Of a DNA stretch of 64,000 nucleotides, positions 24,836-36,925 are shown piece by piece. A program made the position numbers and the translations under genes. Origin of the DNA: Peribolospora baueri (taxonomy: Eukaryota). How positions within the stretch are numbered: position 1 is the first letter of the stretch; each line of letters starts with the position of its first letter. The DNA lies in contig JAMDHS010000024.1 in the NCBI GenBank assembly GCA_029717555.1, positions 186,001-250,000 on the forward strand, in the 5' to 3' direction. The notes under the pieces are model-generated. The model searched no databases. It was not told where the DNA came from and saw only the letters and a list, made by a program, of their open reading frames with translations.

Positions 24836-27557
24836 ATGTCGTCGTACCCTGAAGGCGTCAAAGTCCTCGGTGAGCATGCATGCCGTCTCGTCTCGACTTG
24901 GCCCCGTACGCCGACGTGCATCCTCACCCGCACTCACCTTGTCCCCCCCTCCTTCGACCCGCAGGCGAGGTCAAAGGCGCTCACGCCACCGTCCTCACGC
25001 CTGAGGCGCTCAAGTTCCTCGCCGTCCTCCACCGCGCCTTCGAGCCCGCCCGCCAGACCCGCCTCGCCGCGCGCCAGCTCCGCCAGGCCCAGTTCGATCA
25101 GGGCATCCTCCCCGACTTCCTCCCCGAGACCAAGCACATCCGCGAGGACCCCTCTTGGCAAGGTGCCCCTCCCGCGCCCGGCTTGGTCGATCGGAGGGTC
25201 GAGATCACCGGTCCGGTCGATCGCAAGATGGTCATCAATGCGCTCAACAGCGGGTGAGCGTCCCTCCGTCTCCTTCTCTGCCGCTGTCCCCCTCTCGCTG
25301 ACCTCACGACTCGCCCACCCCACCCTTCGTCCCTCGTGCAGCGCCTACACCTACATGGCCGACTTTGAAGACTCCTCCGCGCCTACCTGGCTCAACTGTC
25401 TCGACGGCCAGGTCAACCTTCGCGACGCTATCGCCCGCAAGGTCGACTTCAAGCAGGCCAGCACGGGCAAGGAGTACAAGCTCAACGATCCCAAGACGCT
25501 CGCTACGCTCCTTGTCAGGCCTAGGGGCTGGCACCTCAACGAAGACCATGTGGTCATCGATGGCAAGCCCATCGCCGGAGGCATCTTCGGTTCGTCTCCT
25601 CTCCTCTCCGTCGACCGTCATCCGTCTCTCTCTCACCACCTTCATTCGTGCCTTGCTCATCGCCTTTCTTCCGTGCCCACCGACCCCCCCGCCCTTGCAG
25701 ATTTCGGCCTCTACTTCTTCCACAACGCCAAGCGTCTCATCGCCAACGGCCACGGCCCTTACTTCTACCTTCCCAAGATGGAGAGCCACCTCGAGGCTCG
25801 GTGAGTGGAGCCGATCCGCGCTGGCTGGGCGCCCACTTCTCGACGCTCACGAGCTATCAACCTCTCTCTTTGTCTCCTCCATTATTCCTTTTTCCCACCA
25901 TCGGCCCCCTCCTGACAGCATCTGGAACGACATCTTCAACGTCTCCCAAGACTACATCGGTATCCCCCGCGGCACGATCCGCGCCACCGTGCTGATCGAG
26001 ACCATCACCGCCGCGTTCGAGATGGAGGAGATCATCTACGAGCTCAGGGATCATTCCGCTGGCTTGAACTGCGGGAGGTGGGACTGTGAGTGGCGAGCGG
26101 TGCCTTCTTCGTTTTTGTCGTTCTTTCGTTCGTTCGCTCACTCTATCGAGTCTTTCTTCCTCCGCTCTCAGACATCTTCTCCTTCATCAAGCGCCAGCGC
26201 TACAACAAGAACGCCGCCGTCTTGCCGGACCGGAGCACCGTCACTGTAGGTTTCAAGTTTCATGGCTTTGCTTTTACGTCTTGCTCCTTTGGCCAAGATC
26301 GTACCCTTGTTTTTCGCACGTGATGACCATCCTTGCTGACTGGTTTGAAAACCGCTCCTGTGCGTCTCCCTATCCGCTCCGGCTCGCCCTGTTCGTCTCC
26401 CTACCTGTCCCGGCTCGCCCTGCAGATGACCGTCCCCTTCATGCGCGCCTACACGTCGCTCGTCATCCACACCTGCCACAAGCGAGGCGTGGCTGCGATC
26501 GGCGGCATGGCGGCCCAGATCCCGATCAAGGACGACGCGAAGAAGAACGAGGCGGCGATGAAGAAGGTGACCGAGGACAAGCTCCGCGAGGCTGTCGACG
26601 GTCACGACGGCACCTGGGTCGCCCACCCCGCCCTCGTCAAGATCGCTTTGGACATCTTCAACAAGCACATGCCGAGCCCGAATCAGGTCAGTTCGGTCTC
26701 CGAGAGCCGACGAGTCGGGTGAACACCCGCAACGGCCCCACTAGTCGAAGTCGCTGACGCTCGTTCCCCCCTTGCTGCTTGTCCCCGCGAATCGAAACCT
26801 ACAGTACCACGTCCGTCGCCCCGAGGTGAGCGTGTCGGCACTCGACCTCTTGAACACCAACATGCCCGGAACGATCACCGAGGCCGGCGTCAGGTCCAAC
26901 GTCGCTGCGTGAGTTTGTAACCTCTTCGTTACCGTTTGTCACGTCTTCACACACACGTTGACCTTTTCTGGCTTCTTCCTCCAGCCTGCTTGGTTACTGC
27001 GGCGCCTGGGTCGTCGGTATCGGCTGCTCCCCTCTCAACTACATGATGGAGGACGCAGCGACGGCGGAGATCTCGCGTGTCCAGCTCTGGGCTTGGACTT
27101 ACCACGGCGCTCAGACTGTGAGTCTCGATGCCGCTTGCGCCCGTCGCCAAACCATGCTTTGGGATGTTCATCATGCCTTACCCCGTCCCCTTCTTCGCTT
27201 CGCTCGCTCACAGGACAACGGCGCGAAGATCACGACGGACTACGTGGACCGCATCGTGGACGAGGAGGTGAAGAGTCTCAGCGCGGCCAACAAGAGGCTC
27301 GCGCCCAAGTACGAGCTGGTGGCCAGGTACATGAAGGACCAGATTCGTCGCAAGGCGCCCACCGAGTTCTTGACCGTCGATCTGACGCCGCACCTCGAGT
27401 GAGTCGTCCGTCGTTTTTGGTTCTTCTTCCCCAGTCCGAGTCCGAGTCGTTCCTTGCGCGCCTTCACCTTCGCCAGGCCGGCCTGACTGACCGGAATCTC
27501 CGCTTGTCCGTTCCACTCCACAGCGACTACGCTTCCACCGAGCCCGCCAAGCTCTGA
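24836..27557 (+). CDS. MLS1: Malate synthase with C-terminal PTS1 (-AKL)
   Basis: [102 protein letters not shown]. Terminal exon encodes [10 protein letters not shown]. Confidence 0.97.
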
Positions 27558-28248
27558 GCGAAATCGTCGAACGCCAGAGCCATCCATCTCTTTCCTTTCT
27601 GTACCACTCACTTCCATTCCCGCCCGGTTCTCTCCCTTCTTCGGTCCCCCGCTTCCTGTCCTCGGCGCTATTTTCCACGATTTCCCCCCCTCTTTTCCGT
27701 CACGCCACGCCATCCCATCCATCCGTCTGCTTTTCCTTTTCGTTCAGCAAGTGTCATCAAATGAATGGCCTTGCCGAGGCGAAGATACACGCGCGTATCT
27801 TGTACGTAGTAATAAACCAAACAGGGAGGTGGTGAATCGACGTCGGTAGTAGTCCCAGTCGTCCGCGCCGGGATCTCTTTCTCTTTATTTTACTAGCAAA
27901 CAAAGCGACGATGGACCAAGATTTGACTTCATATCGACTCGGGCACGTACGCTACGTGTGCCTGCCTTCTCCGCCAAAGGCCGCCTGTGACCGAGCGGCT
28001 CTCCGCCGCCTAGCCGAGCGTGGGAAAACCGCAGTGTTTCTCTCTGTCCTCCTCTCTCCTCCTCTCCGACCTTCCGGCTCGGATCGAAGTTGGCCGTCCA
28101 TTCTTGGCTCTCCTTCCGCTTGGCGGCAGAGCGAGTGACTCGTCGCCGCACGTCCTTCTCTCTGGCTCTCTCGTCATCGACAGAGGTCCTCTTCCACTCC
28201 TTCTCTTCCCCTTCCCTCCCTACCACCTCCCCTTCCCTCTCTCCATCC

Positions 28249-30802
28249 ATGTGCGGCATCCTCGCGTGTCTCCTCGCCGACTCGGGCGTCAACTGCGCCA
28301 CGGAGATCAGCGAGGGTCTCTCCCTCCTCCAGCATCGCGGTCAGGATGCGGCCGGCATCGTTACATGCGGCCAAAAGGGACGCTTCTACCAGTGCAAGGC
28401 CAATGGCATGGTCAGGGACGTCTTTGACGAGGCTGGTCTTGCTCGTCTCTTTGGCAGCATGGGCGTTGGACACGGTGAGTGTACGAGCCACCACGGCGCT
28501 TCGCGTTCTTCCAGGACCGAGGGAGGAAGTTCATGTGTCGCGTCTTTTCTCTCTCACACATACACACCCTCTTCCACTCCCTCTTCGTCCTTTCTGACCC
28601 CACAGTTCGCTACCCCACCGCCGGTTCCTCCAACCACGCTGAGGCTCAGCCCTTCTACGTCAACAGTCCGTACGGCATCGTCTTCGCTCATGTGCGTTAA
28701 CCCTTTCCCGCCGAACCCACCGGTCCACGCTGACGCCGTTCTCATCTCACCGTTTGCGCCTCGTCTCCAGAACGGCAACCTGATCAACACCCAGGAGCTC
28801 AAGTCCTTCCTGGACGCCGAGGCTCACCGTCATATCAACACGGATTCCGACTCGGAACTTTTGCTTAACATCTTTGCCAACAACTTGCAGAAGACCGGCA
28901 AGTTTCGGTGAGTGCCTGTCCGCCTTGTAACGAGCTCCTACCGTCGGGGCGCGGAGAGAGACTGGAATTCGCGGACGTCTGCTTGTCGGCTTGCTTCCTC
29001 GCCCTGTCCCATCTTCCGAAACTTGCCCTTGCTGGGTAGTCGGGTAGTCACACCGTGACGTTTCTCTCCGCGCCCCCTGCGCTCCCATACCCAACCCCCG
29101 GAACCCCGGGGCCGCGGCCACGACTTAGCTACTTTTTCCACCATCTCACACCCGCTGCGGCTCCTTATTTTCTCTTTCCCCTCGCTCCCAGTATCAACGA
29201 AGAGGATATCATGACCGCCCTCCGCGACATGATGGTCCAGGCACGCGGCGCCTACGCCTGCGTCGCCATGCTCGCCGGCTTCGGTATCATCGCTTTCCGC
29301 GACCCCAACGGCATCCGACCGCTCGTGCTCGGCAAGCGCAAGACCGAGAAGGGGGGCACGGACTACATGTTCGCTTCCGAGAGCGTCGTCTGTGACGCCC
29401 TCGGGTACGACCAGTTCGAAGACGTCAAGCCAGGTGAGAAACGAGCGGTCGCTCCATGTCGCCAGGAGAGGCTCAACAACAGACTCGCTTAATTTTCCTC
29501 TTCCTCTTCCCTCGCCTGCTTAGGCGAAGCGGTCATCATCACCCACACGAACGTCACTCGCCGAGTCCTACAGTCTGGCCGGACGTTTGCCCCCGACATC
29601 TTCGAGTATGTCTACTTCGCTCGCCCCGATAGCGTGCTCGATGGGATCAGCGTCTACCGTAGCCGGATGGCTATGGGTGACGCCCTCGCCGGAGAGGTGC
29701 GCAGGGTGATCGAGAGGGAAGGCGGAACCGCGAAGGGAATGGGTGTGGACGTCGTCATTCCGGTGAGTCCGTTGGCCGTTGGTGAGGCAAGGCCCGCCCG
29801 ATCCGATGATTAAATTCTTTTGGCCCCGCCCGGCTCTTCTGGCCCTCTCCCCTTCAGGTCCCGGACACGTCCCGTGTCGCTGCTCTCCAAGTTGCCCAAA
29901 ACCTCGGCGTGCCCTACCGCGAGGGCTTCGTGAAGAACCGATACGTGGGTCGGACTTTCATCATGCCGGGCCAGCAGATGAGGCGGAAGAACGTGCGGAG
30001 GAAGCTCAATGCGATGGCGCTCGAGTTTGCCGGAAAGAACGTACTTCTCGTCGACGGTGAGCTTTTACGCTCTGATGTTTTCGTTTAGGGCGCGAATCCA
30101 CGCATATGCCCGCGCATACACGTCTCGGCCTCTCTCTGATTTCTGGCCCATCGCCGTCGCGCTCCTTACAGACTCGATCGTCCGCGGCACAACGTCCAAG
30201 GAGATCGTGCAAATGGCGCGAGACGCAGGCGCCAGGAAAGTGTTCGTCGCGTCGTGCGCACCCGCCATTCGGTGAGTGGTTGGTTAGCCCCGGTATAGGG
30301 TCATCCCCGTCCCTCAAGCTCTCCAACCTGGCGCTTTCCCTGGAGGCTCCACCAGCTCACCCGACGCCCGCCTTCGCTCGCCTGACCTCTGCTCAGATAC
30401 TCTAACGTATATGGCATCGACATGCCCTCGCGGAAAGAGCTCGTAGCGCACGGCCGCACGGAAGCGGAAGTGGCAGCGTACATCAATGCGGACCTGATCA
30501 TCTACCAGACGCTCTCCGACCTCGTCGAGTCATGCCGACAGTTCAACCCTTCCATCTCTGCCTTTGATTGCTCGGTCTTCACCGGCGAGTACGTCACGGG
30601 CGACGTGGACGCGGCGTACCTCGACCACCTGGAGAATCTGCGCAGCGAGAATGCAAAGGCCAAGAAGACGCGCGGGGCCGTCGTCAGCTCGAATTCGACG
30701 GCGGAGGAGGAGGCCAACGTCGCTTTGGCCACGGCTCCCGCAGGCTCGAGTCCGTTGAACGGCGCCGTCGACATCGGCCTTTATAACACTTATCGAAGTT
30801 AG
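28249..30802 (+). CDS. ADE4: Amidophosphoribosyltransferase
   Basis: N-terminal MCGI (Ntn nucleophile), [66 protein letters not shown]. Confidence 0.97.
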
Positions 30803-31284
30803 CCCTGTCGCCGCGCTGCGCTGCCTGATCGCCAGCCATGTCGGAGCTGACAAGCCGACTCAGGATCGGTTCCAGGTCGTTCGTTGAGTTTGATATTACG
30901 GTAGAAGAATCAATTTGTACTAGTACACTCTCTGCGGAGAACAAAGGCGCTTGTGGGCCTGCTGGGGCAGTCCATAAGCATTCCATCCATTCATTCATTT
31001 ATTCCTCGTCCGCGCGCACGGCGCCGCCTGGCTGACCAAGCGGCAGCCATCTGCTCCGTCCGCCATCTCGCCCGTCCTCGAGAGATTCTTTCTCCGCTTA
31101 TCACCAGAGCGCTCGGTCCAACCCCCGTCGTAGGCTTCCTCCCCCCCTCTTTCTTTCTTTTTCTTTTTCTTTTTTTTTACCCGCAGACAGAAGCTCGCGA
31201 CAGCCGATTTTCATTTTGCGCTTCGCTTCACTCGCTTCGCCAAAAAAAAAAAAAAAAGGAAACGCCCTCCCCTTCCATCCATCC

Positions 31285-31740
31285 ATGCCGATCACGCGCG
31301 ACCTAGGCAAGGCACGAGGGCGACCAGCGGGGGCTGCGCAAAAGGCGTTCGAAGACTTTCTCAACCGCAAGGAGTACCTCGCCTTTGACGCCCACGAGGG
31401 CTACGTCGGCCGAAGGAGCGTGTTCAGGGGCGCTCCTCACAAGTCTCGTCGTCGTGGTAGTGGTGGCGGCGGCGGCGGCGGCGGCGGTGGAGGCAAGGAG
31501 GGAGGAGGAACGGGGGCGAAGAACGGCAGATTGGTGGGCGATATGGACTATGAGCCGCCCCATCTCGACGAGGCAGGGCGACGGAAGCGGAGGAAGGGAA
31601 AGAGTAAGGGAGGGGTGGCGGCGGCGGCGGCGGACGTGTCGCCGCCAGGCGTGGCAGTGGGGGAGGAGGAGGAGGAGAACCTGGTGAAGGCCAGGCTGGC
31701 GGCGGAGAGTGAGGATTGGAAGAAGCATCACGTCAAGTGA
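31285..31740 (+). CDS. Hypothetical small basic/acidic protein (possible orphan gene; 3' structure uncertain)
   Basis: 151-codon ATG-initiated ORF after a pyrimidine/A-rich leader, with coding-like G/C third positions. No recognisable motif. Confidence 0.35.
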   Translation: MPITRDLGKARGRPAGAAQKAFEDFLNRKEYLAFDAHEGYVGRRSVFRGAPHKSRRRGSGGGGGGGGGGGKEGGGTGAKNGRLVGDMDYEPPHLDEAGRRKRRKGKSKGGVAAAAADVSPPGVAVGEEEEENLVKARLAAESEDWKKHHVK

Positions 31741-32034
31741 AGAAGAAGGGTATTTTTTTTTGTTTGGTTCTGGTCGACCCAGCGAGGCGGCACTGGCCCA
31801 CCCAGTCCAGCGCGTTGGATTGGGTGGAGGAACGGGCCGCGCGGCTCAACACCCTCGCTCGCTCGGCTTAAGAGGCGAGCGTGAAACAGATGTACCATAG
31901 AGGTCGAAAATTCCCTCCCTTCCCCCCTTCGCAGACAAGCTGGGTAAATGACATCGAATCTCTCGTACCGCCTTTGGCGTTCGCCCGTCGCACGTCCTCA
32001 GCGCCCACCCACCCACCCACCCGGTGCGCACCGG

Positions 32035-35000
32035 TCACCAGATCCGAGACTGGTGGAGGTATAGAAAGAACGGGCGGGGGTCAGACCGACGGACGAAGGA
32101 CATGACAATGAATGATGTGGTGTGGGGAGAAATTGCCTCTGGACGATCTCGGTCGCAGTACCTACCTTGACCATGTCGTATCGACTGAGCTCCTCGAGCT
32201 TGACGCCGCCCTTGCTGGATGGAGGTGCGAGAGTGCCGAGGCCGCCCTTGCCCTTGCCCTTGCCTTTTCCGCCGTCCTCCTTCTCGATCAGCTTGAGAAG
32301 ATCGGCGTTGTATTGCTGGATGGGCGCGAGGGGGCGAGGCGAAAGCGAAGCGAAACGAAGAGGGGCCCGAGATCAGCCTACGCCTGCGGCTGGCGAGACG
32401 AGACGTAAAAGCACCGCCGGCATTCCGCACCTGCTCGTCCTTATCCACGCCAATCGGCGGCCTATCCCGATTGTTCAGCTGGTCCTCCAGCTCTCTCTCT
32501 TTCATGCTCGAATAGCGAGCCGAGGCAAAGCTGACGAGGTTCGTCCCGAGGATGAGCTTGAGAGCGATGAGTCTGAGCGCGGACGACGTAAAGGGGAGAT
32601 GAGGACCGGTCAGTCAGTCACGTCGAGGGAAAACCTCCCGGTTTCGCGGTGATTTGGACGAAAACGGTGGACGGAACGCGGCGTGGAGGACTCACAGAAA
32701 CCAGGCGATCAGTGCGATGAGCCCCCAAGTGGCGCCCTGAGCGACGCCCCTGACGACCCTGGCCGGAAGGCCATCGGTAGCGAGCGGGAGGCCGTGTATG
32801 CCGATCATGGCGATGCCGCCGCGGCGCACGTGGACGTGGTTCGTGTCGGGCACGGCGCACTCGTCGAGATGGGAGGTGTCGACGAGCATGTCGAAGACTT
32901 GCGAGGTGACTCGGATGAGAAGACATGCGAGGGGGAGAGCGGCAAAGCCGAGTCGGCGGGCGATGATGGGAGACTGGTCCACGAAGGTGTGCTAAAAGGG
33001 AACGGTCGGCTCGAATAAGTCATTCAGCCCAGGCCGATACCGCCCAAGTGGAGTGTGACCCGTCCATACCTTGCGATTGAGCGCCTGGCCAGGCACACCC
33101 AGGACGAGGTCTCGACAGAGCACGTCCATAAAGCGTCCGTAGACGGCGGGTCGAATGTGATTAAATTTGGTGATGAAGGCGTGCTTCAGCCAATCGACGA
33201 GCATCTCCGAAGCCATGACGATGAGGACGGGCTGCGAGACGAAAAACGCGTGGGTGTCAACAAATCAACGCGACCGCGACGACGACATACGATCGAGTCG
33301 CGAGCCGAAAAGCAACCGAGGTGAAGCCGGAGCTTACCGAAAAAATGGTCTCGAGGAGACTGAGAGAGGGTAGAAAGGTGAAAGACGTCGGCAAGGGACC
33401 TGAATCGGAGCCGCTGACCTCAACGAGGTTCCGGAAGCCGATGGCGGTGAGCATGAGGGCCAGCTGGAATCGCTCAACGATGTCTGTTCACGAGAGGGGG
33501 GAGCACAAAAATAAGAGTGAAGGAGGGCCCACGCAAAAGGACCGTCTTCTCTTCTTCTCATCCGCTCACCGGCACAAGTAAGTTGAAAAAGGTTCTCCTT
33601 TTCAAACTTCTTGAAAACGCTCCCTTTAATCTCGACAAACTGGTTGCTGATGAGCAACGTCAACAAAGCGTTATCGTACGAGTTGATGGCCACGTTGAGG
33701 GTTACGAGTTGATAAAAGAGGACGAAAGTGTGCGCCACTGCGGGTTGAAAACAAACACATGAGTGAAAAGATGTGAGCTTTCGCGTCGCGTCGTCGGAGC
33801 CACCCCCTCCGAAGATCAGGAAGAAGTGCCAAGGAGCGACTCACGGATGTAGGCCAAGCTGAGCAAGAAAAAGCCGAGCGGTCGGAGGTAAGGCTGCGAG
33901 CCGTCTCTTCGTCGGGCCAGAGTGACGCGGGAGAAGAGCGAGTCGAGGAGGTCTTGGCCGAACGAGCAGCACAAACGGTCGGCGATCTTGGAGAGGCCGG
34001 GAGCAAGAGGAACATCAGCACGAGAGAACGAGAAGTTAAAATCGTCTCAGAGGGAGGCCTCACCTCGAGGACGTTAAATATGACGTGCATCTTGATGATA
34101 TCCTGACCGCGCACGGAATGGTACATCTTGCTCGCATCCGTCACGCGGTGTAAGATGACGCAGGCCAGGACGACGAGGAGGCCTTTGAGCAGGTCGCACT
34201 TATGCGCCGAGTTGAGGAACCTGGGCGACCCACCGCAGGCGGATCGAGTGAGCGAAGGGGAAGGAGCCGTTGACGAGAGGGCGCCGCGCTCACCTTTTCT
34301 CCGCGCCGCGGACATTCCACCAAAAGTGGGTGACGAGTTTGTAAAAGGCTACGAAGAAGCGGAGGGGCAGGATGGTAAAAGTGTAGAGGAAGGAATCGAG
34401 ACAGACGACGAAGCCGAAGAGGATGATCTTGCGCCGAAAGAAGGGGACGTGGTGAATCTTTTTTATTTTCTGGTGGCTTCGATCGCCCGTCGCTCACCTT
34501 CTCGATGGCCGAGGGCACGTTGAGGAAATTGGTGACCCTCTCCCACTTCATCTCTTGGGTGCTATCAAAGTCGGTGGCGAGCACCTCTTCCTGAAGATAG
34601 TCCCACAGACTGAACGGGAGCGCCTTGAGGCTGACTTTGGCGATTCCATCGGCGGAGAGGTGGGTTAGGGCGTCCTTGTCGACAAAGGTGGTTGAAGATG
34701 CGGTGGTGGGGAAGGCGTCAGTGTCGGCGGCGGCGGTGGCGAGCGGAGAGGCGATGGGGGTGAAGCTGGGCTCGAGCAGAGACGGGCTCGGTGACCGGTC
34801 GGAGGTAGGAGAGGCGGGTTCGGAAGCGTACCTCTCGCGGTGCCGCTGGCTACCGTGGTCGGAGAGACGAACGGCGGACTGGCCGTCGTCTTCGCCTTCG
34901 TCGACATTGCCAAACTCGACAGCGGGACTGACGAGCGCCGCGTCATCATTCTCCTCGAGCGACACATGGCCGTTCACGCCTTGGTAGCTCGCAGGTCCGC

Positions 35001-35804
35001 GATCTTCTTTTTCTTCTTCATCCTCCTCCTCGTCGTCCAGAATGCCGTTTGCCATAGCCAATCGCTCCTCCACCTCCTCACGCTCGTACAAAAGCTGGCC
35101 GACGGACGAGACGCCATCGACCCTCGGTTCACCACCGTCTCTCCAGATCGCCTGGTCGGCGTCAACGTGCTCTTCTGCGGAAGACATCGACCTTTCCTCG
35201 CCCCTCCTCGTCGCCGTCGCGTGTTCGTCCGGCTCCTCCTCGTCCACCCATTCGTCGTCGTCCTCTCTGTGTACCGTCGTCGAGGCTCCGTTGGGCAAGT
35301 ACGATGATCCGCGACCAGGAATGGGAGAGCGGTGGTCATCATCGGTCTGGTCCGATGGGGTCGGAACGAGTTCTGGTCGGAACCGAGAGGAGGCGGAGGA
35401 AGAGGAGGGTGGTGGGGAAGGCGGGTGGGAGGACGGGAAGGCGGGCGACGGCAAGGGCAAAGCCGGTAATGGGAGACAAGCCGAGGACGGTCGAGGCTGG
35501 AGACGAGACGAGAGTGTGAGGAGGGCGGGAAGGAGAGGCGGTCAGTCGGTCGATCTGTCCATCCCGACCAATTCACCAACCCTTCATCCATTCGCCATCG
35601 ATCGCCTCCAGCCAGGCAGACGATGGATGTGGGGCGAGGGACCGGTCAGTCGGTCCCCAGGCAGCCGGCGGGCGGGCCGGTTCTCTCCGCTGAGTCGCTC
35701 ACCTCGGTGCTGGGGCCGTGCGGGAGCGCTTCGGCCGGCGGGGCGTCGTCGTGGTGTGCCGGGCGTTGGTCGGAAGCGTCGACGACGGTGGCCTGATTTT
35801 GCAT
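32035..35804 (-). CDS. EMP65: TAPT1/EMP65 (DUF747) ER membrane protein
   Basis: KWERVTNFL, DASKMYHSVRGQ, QLVTLNVAINSYDNALLTLLISNQFVEIKGSVFKKF, EMLVDWLKHAFITKFN, ARRLGFAALPLA, C-terminus RYDMVKSRIW*. The first exon (ATG 35804 to 35703) joins the large acidic exon in frame by inference. Confidence 0.9.
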
Positions 35805-36925
35805 CGAGAAGGAGGACGACGAAGAGAGGGTCGAGTGCGTTCGTGTGTTCGGCTTGCCTTGGCTCGCCGTGGCTCGCCGCTCAGGGTCGGCCGATCATCG
35901 GATCGGACTGGGGCTGCGGCGAGTGGTGGGGAACGGGCTGGCGGTGGTGGTGGTCGTCTTCGTGTTCTGGAAGCGGGGATTGGGATGGAAGAAGGCGTAC
36001 GTACAGTAATTAGGTGCAGCCAGGGAAGACGCCGGCGAGGCGAGGCTTGTCGTGTACACAGTTGCTTGTCGATTGTCTCTTCGCCGGTCTCGGCGTCCTG
36101 CTCGAGCCAGTCTGAGTCCGAGTCCGAGCCCGAGCGCCAGGCCAGCCAGCCCGAGCGGGCCATCTGAAGTGGAAGATACGAAATCATTTTGAGTAAGACT
36201 GATTTGATCAATTCGAGGCAAGTCACGTGCCCGTGCAAACACCGCTCTCTGTCGGCCCGCTTAAAAGGGCGAGCCCGATGCCGCTTCGATCGGCCGGTGG
36301 GCCGGTCTGTGCGAGCTCGTCATCCTTATTTCTTCCTCTTCTTCCTCTTCTTCTCTTTCTTCTTCTTCTCCTCCTAACCCTCCCCCTTCGCGTCACCATC
36401 GCCGCCGTCCGCCATCCACGCCTCGCATGGCCAAGTGAACGAACGAGGAGGTCTGGGTGAGCAGCGCTGGCAGCCGGCTCGAGTTGCGTCGACCGCCGTT
36501 CTCCCGTCCGTCGTTCGTCGGTTTCCGTGTCCGTGTCCGTTCCTTGGCGCGTGCGCAATGCAGGTCGCATCTGATTGCCCCGCACTTCCGTCCCGATCCT
36601 ATCCCGTTACGCCCTTCGCCTTGCCTTGCCTTGACTTGGTTTGAATTGATCTCTGCGCCGACGACGACGACAACCACAACCACAACCACAACCACAACGA
36701 TCCTCGTCCACCGGCAACGCCTCGTCCAGCTCGCCGCGTCAAGTTCCTCCTCGCCCCCCGTTCCTTGATTCGATCGATCGAACGCCCGGACCCATCTCTC
36801 CTCCTCCTCCTCCTCCGGCCACCCTCGCCGGCCACCCGTCCGCTTCGCTTCCAGCCATCTTCGCCCCGATCATCCATTCATCCGTCTCAGACGCTCGCTC
36901 GCTCGCTCGTCGACGACGCTGACAG

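Noticed and set aside
26320..26340. GTGATGA...CTGA in a malate synthase intron resembling C/D boxes
   Set aside because: The boxes are only about 10 nt apart, and CTGAC is a common branch-point-like motif in these introns.
28136..28141. TGACTC (Gcn4/Bas1-type site) upstream of ADE4; also CACGTG near 11999 upstream of ADE13
   Set aside because: Single hexamers expected by chance; I saw no matching site upstream of HIS3 or ADE13 to support a shared regulon.
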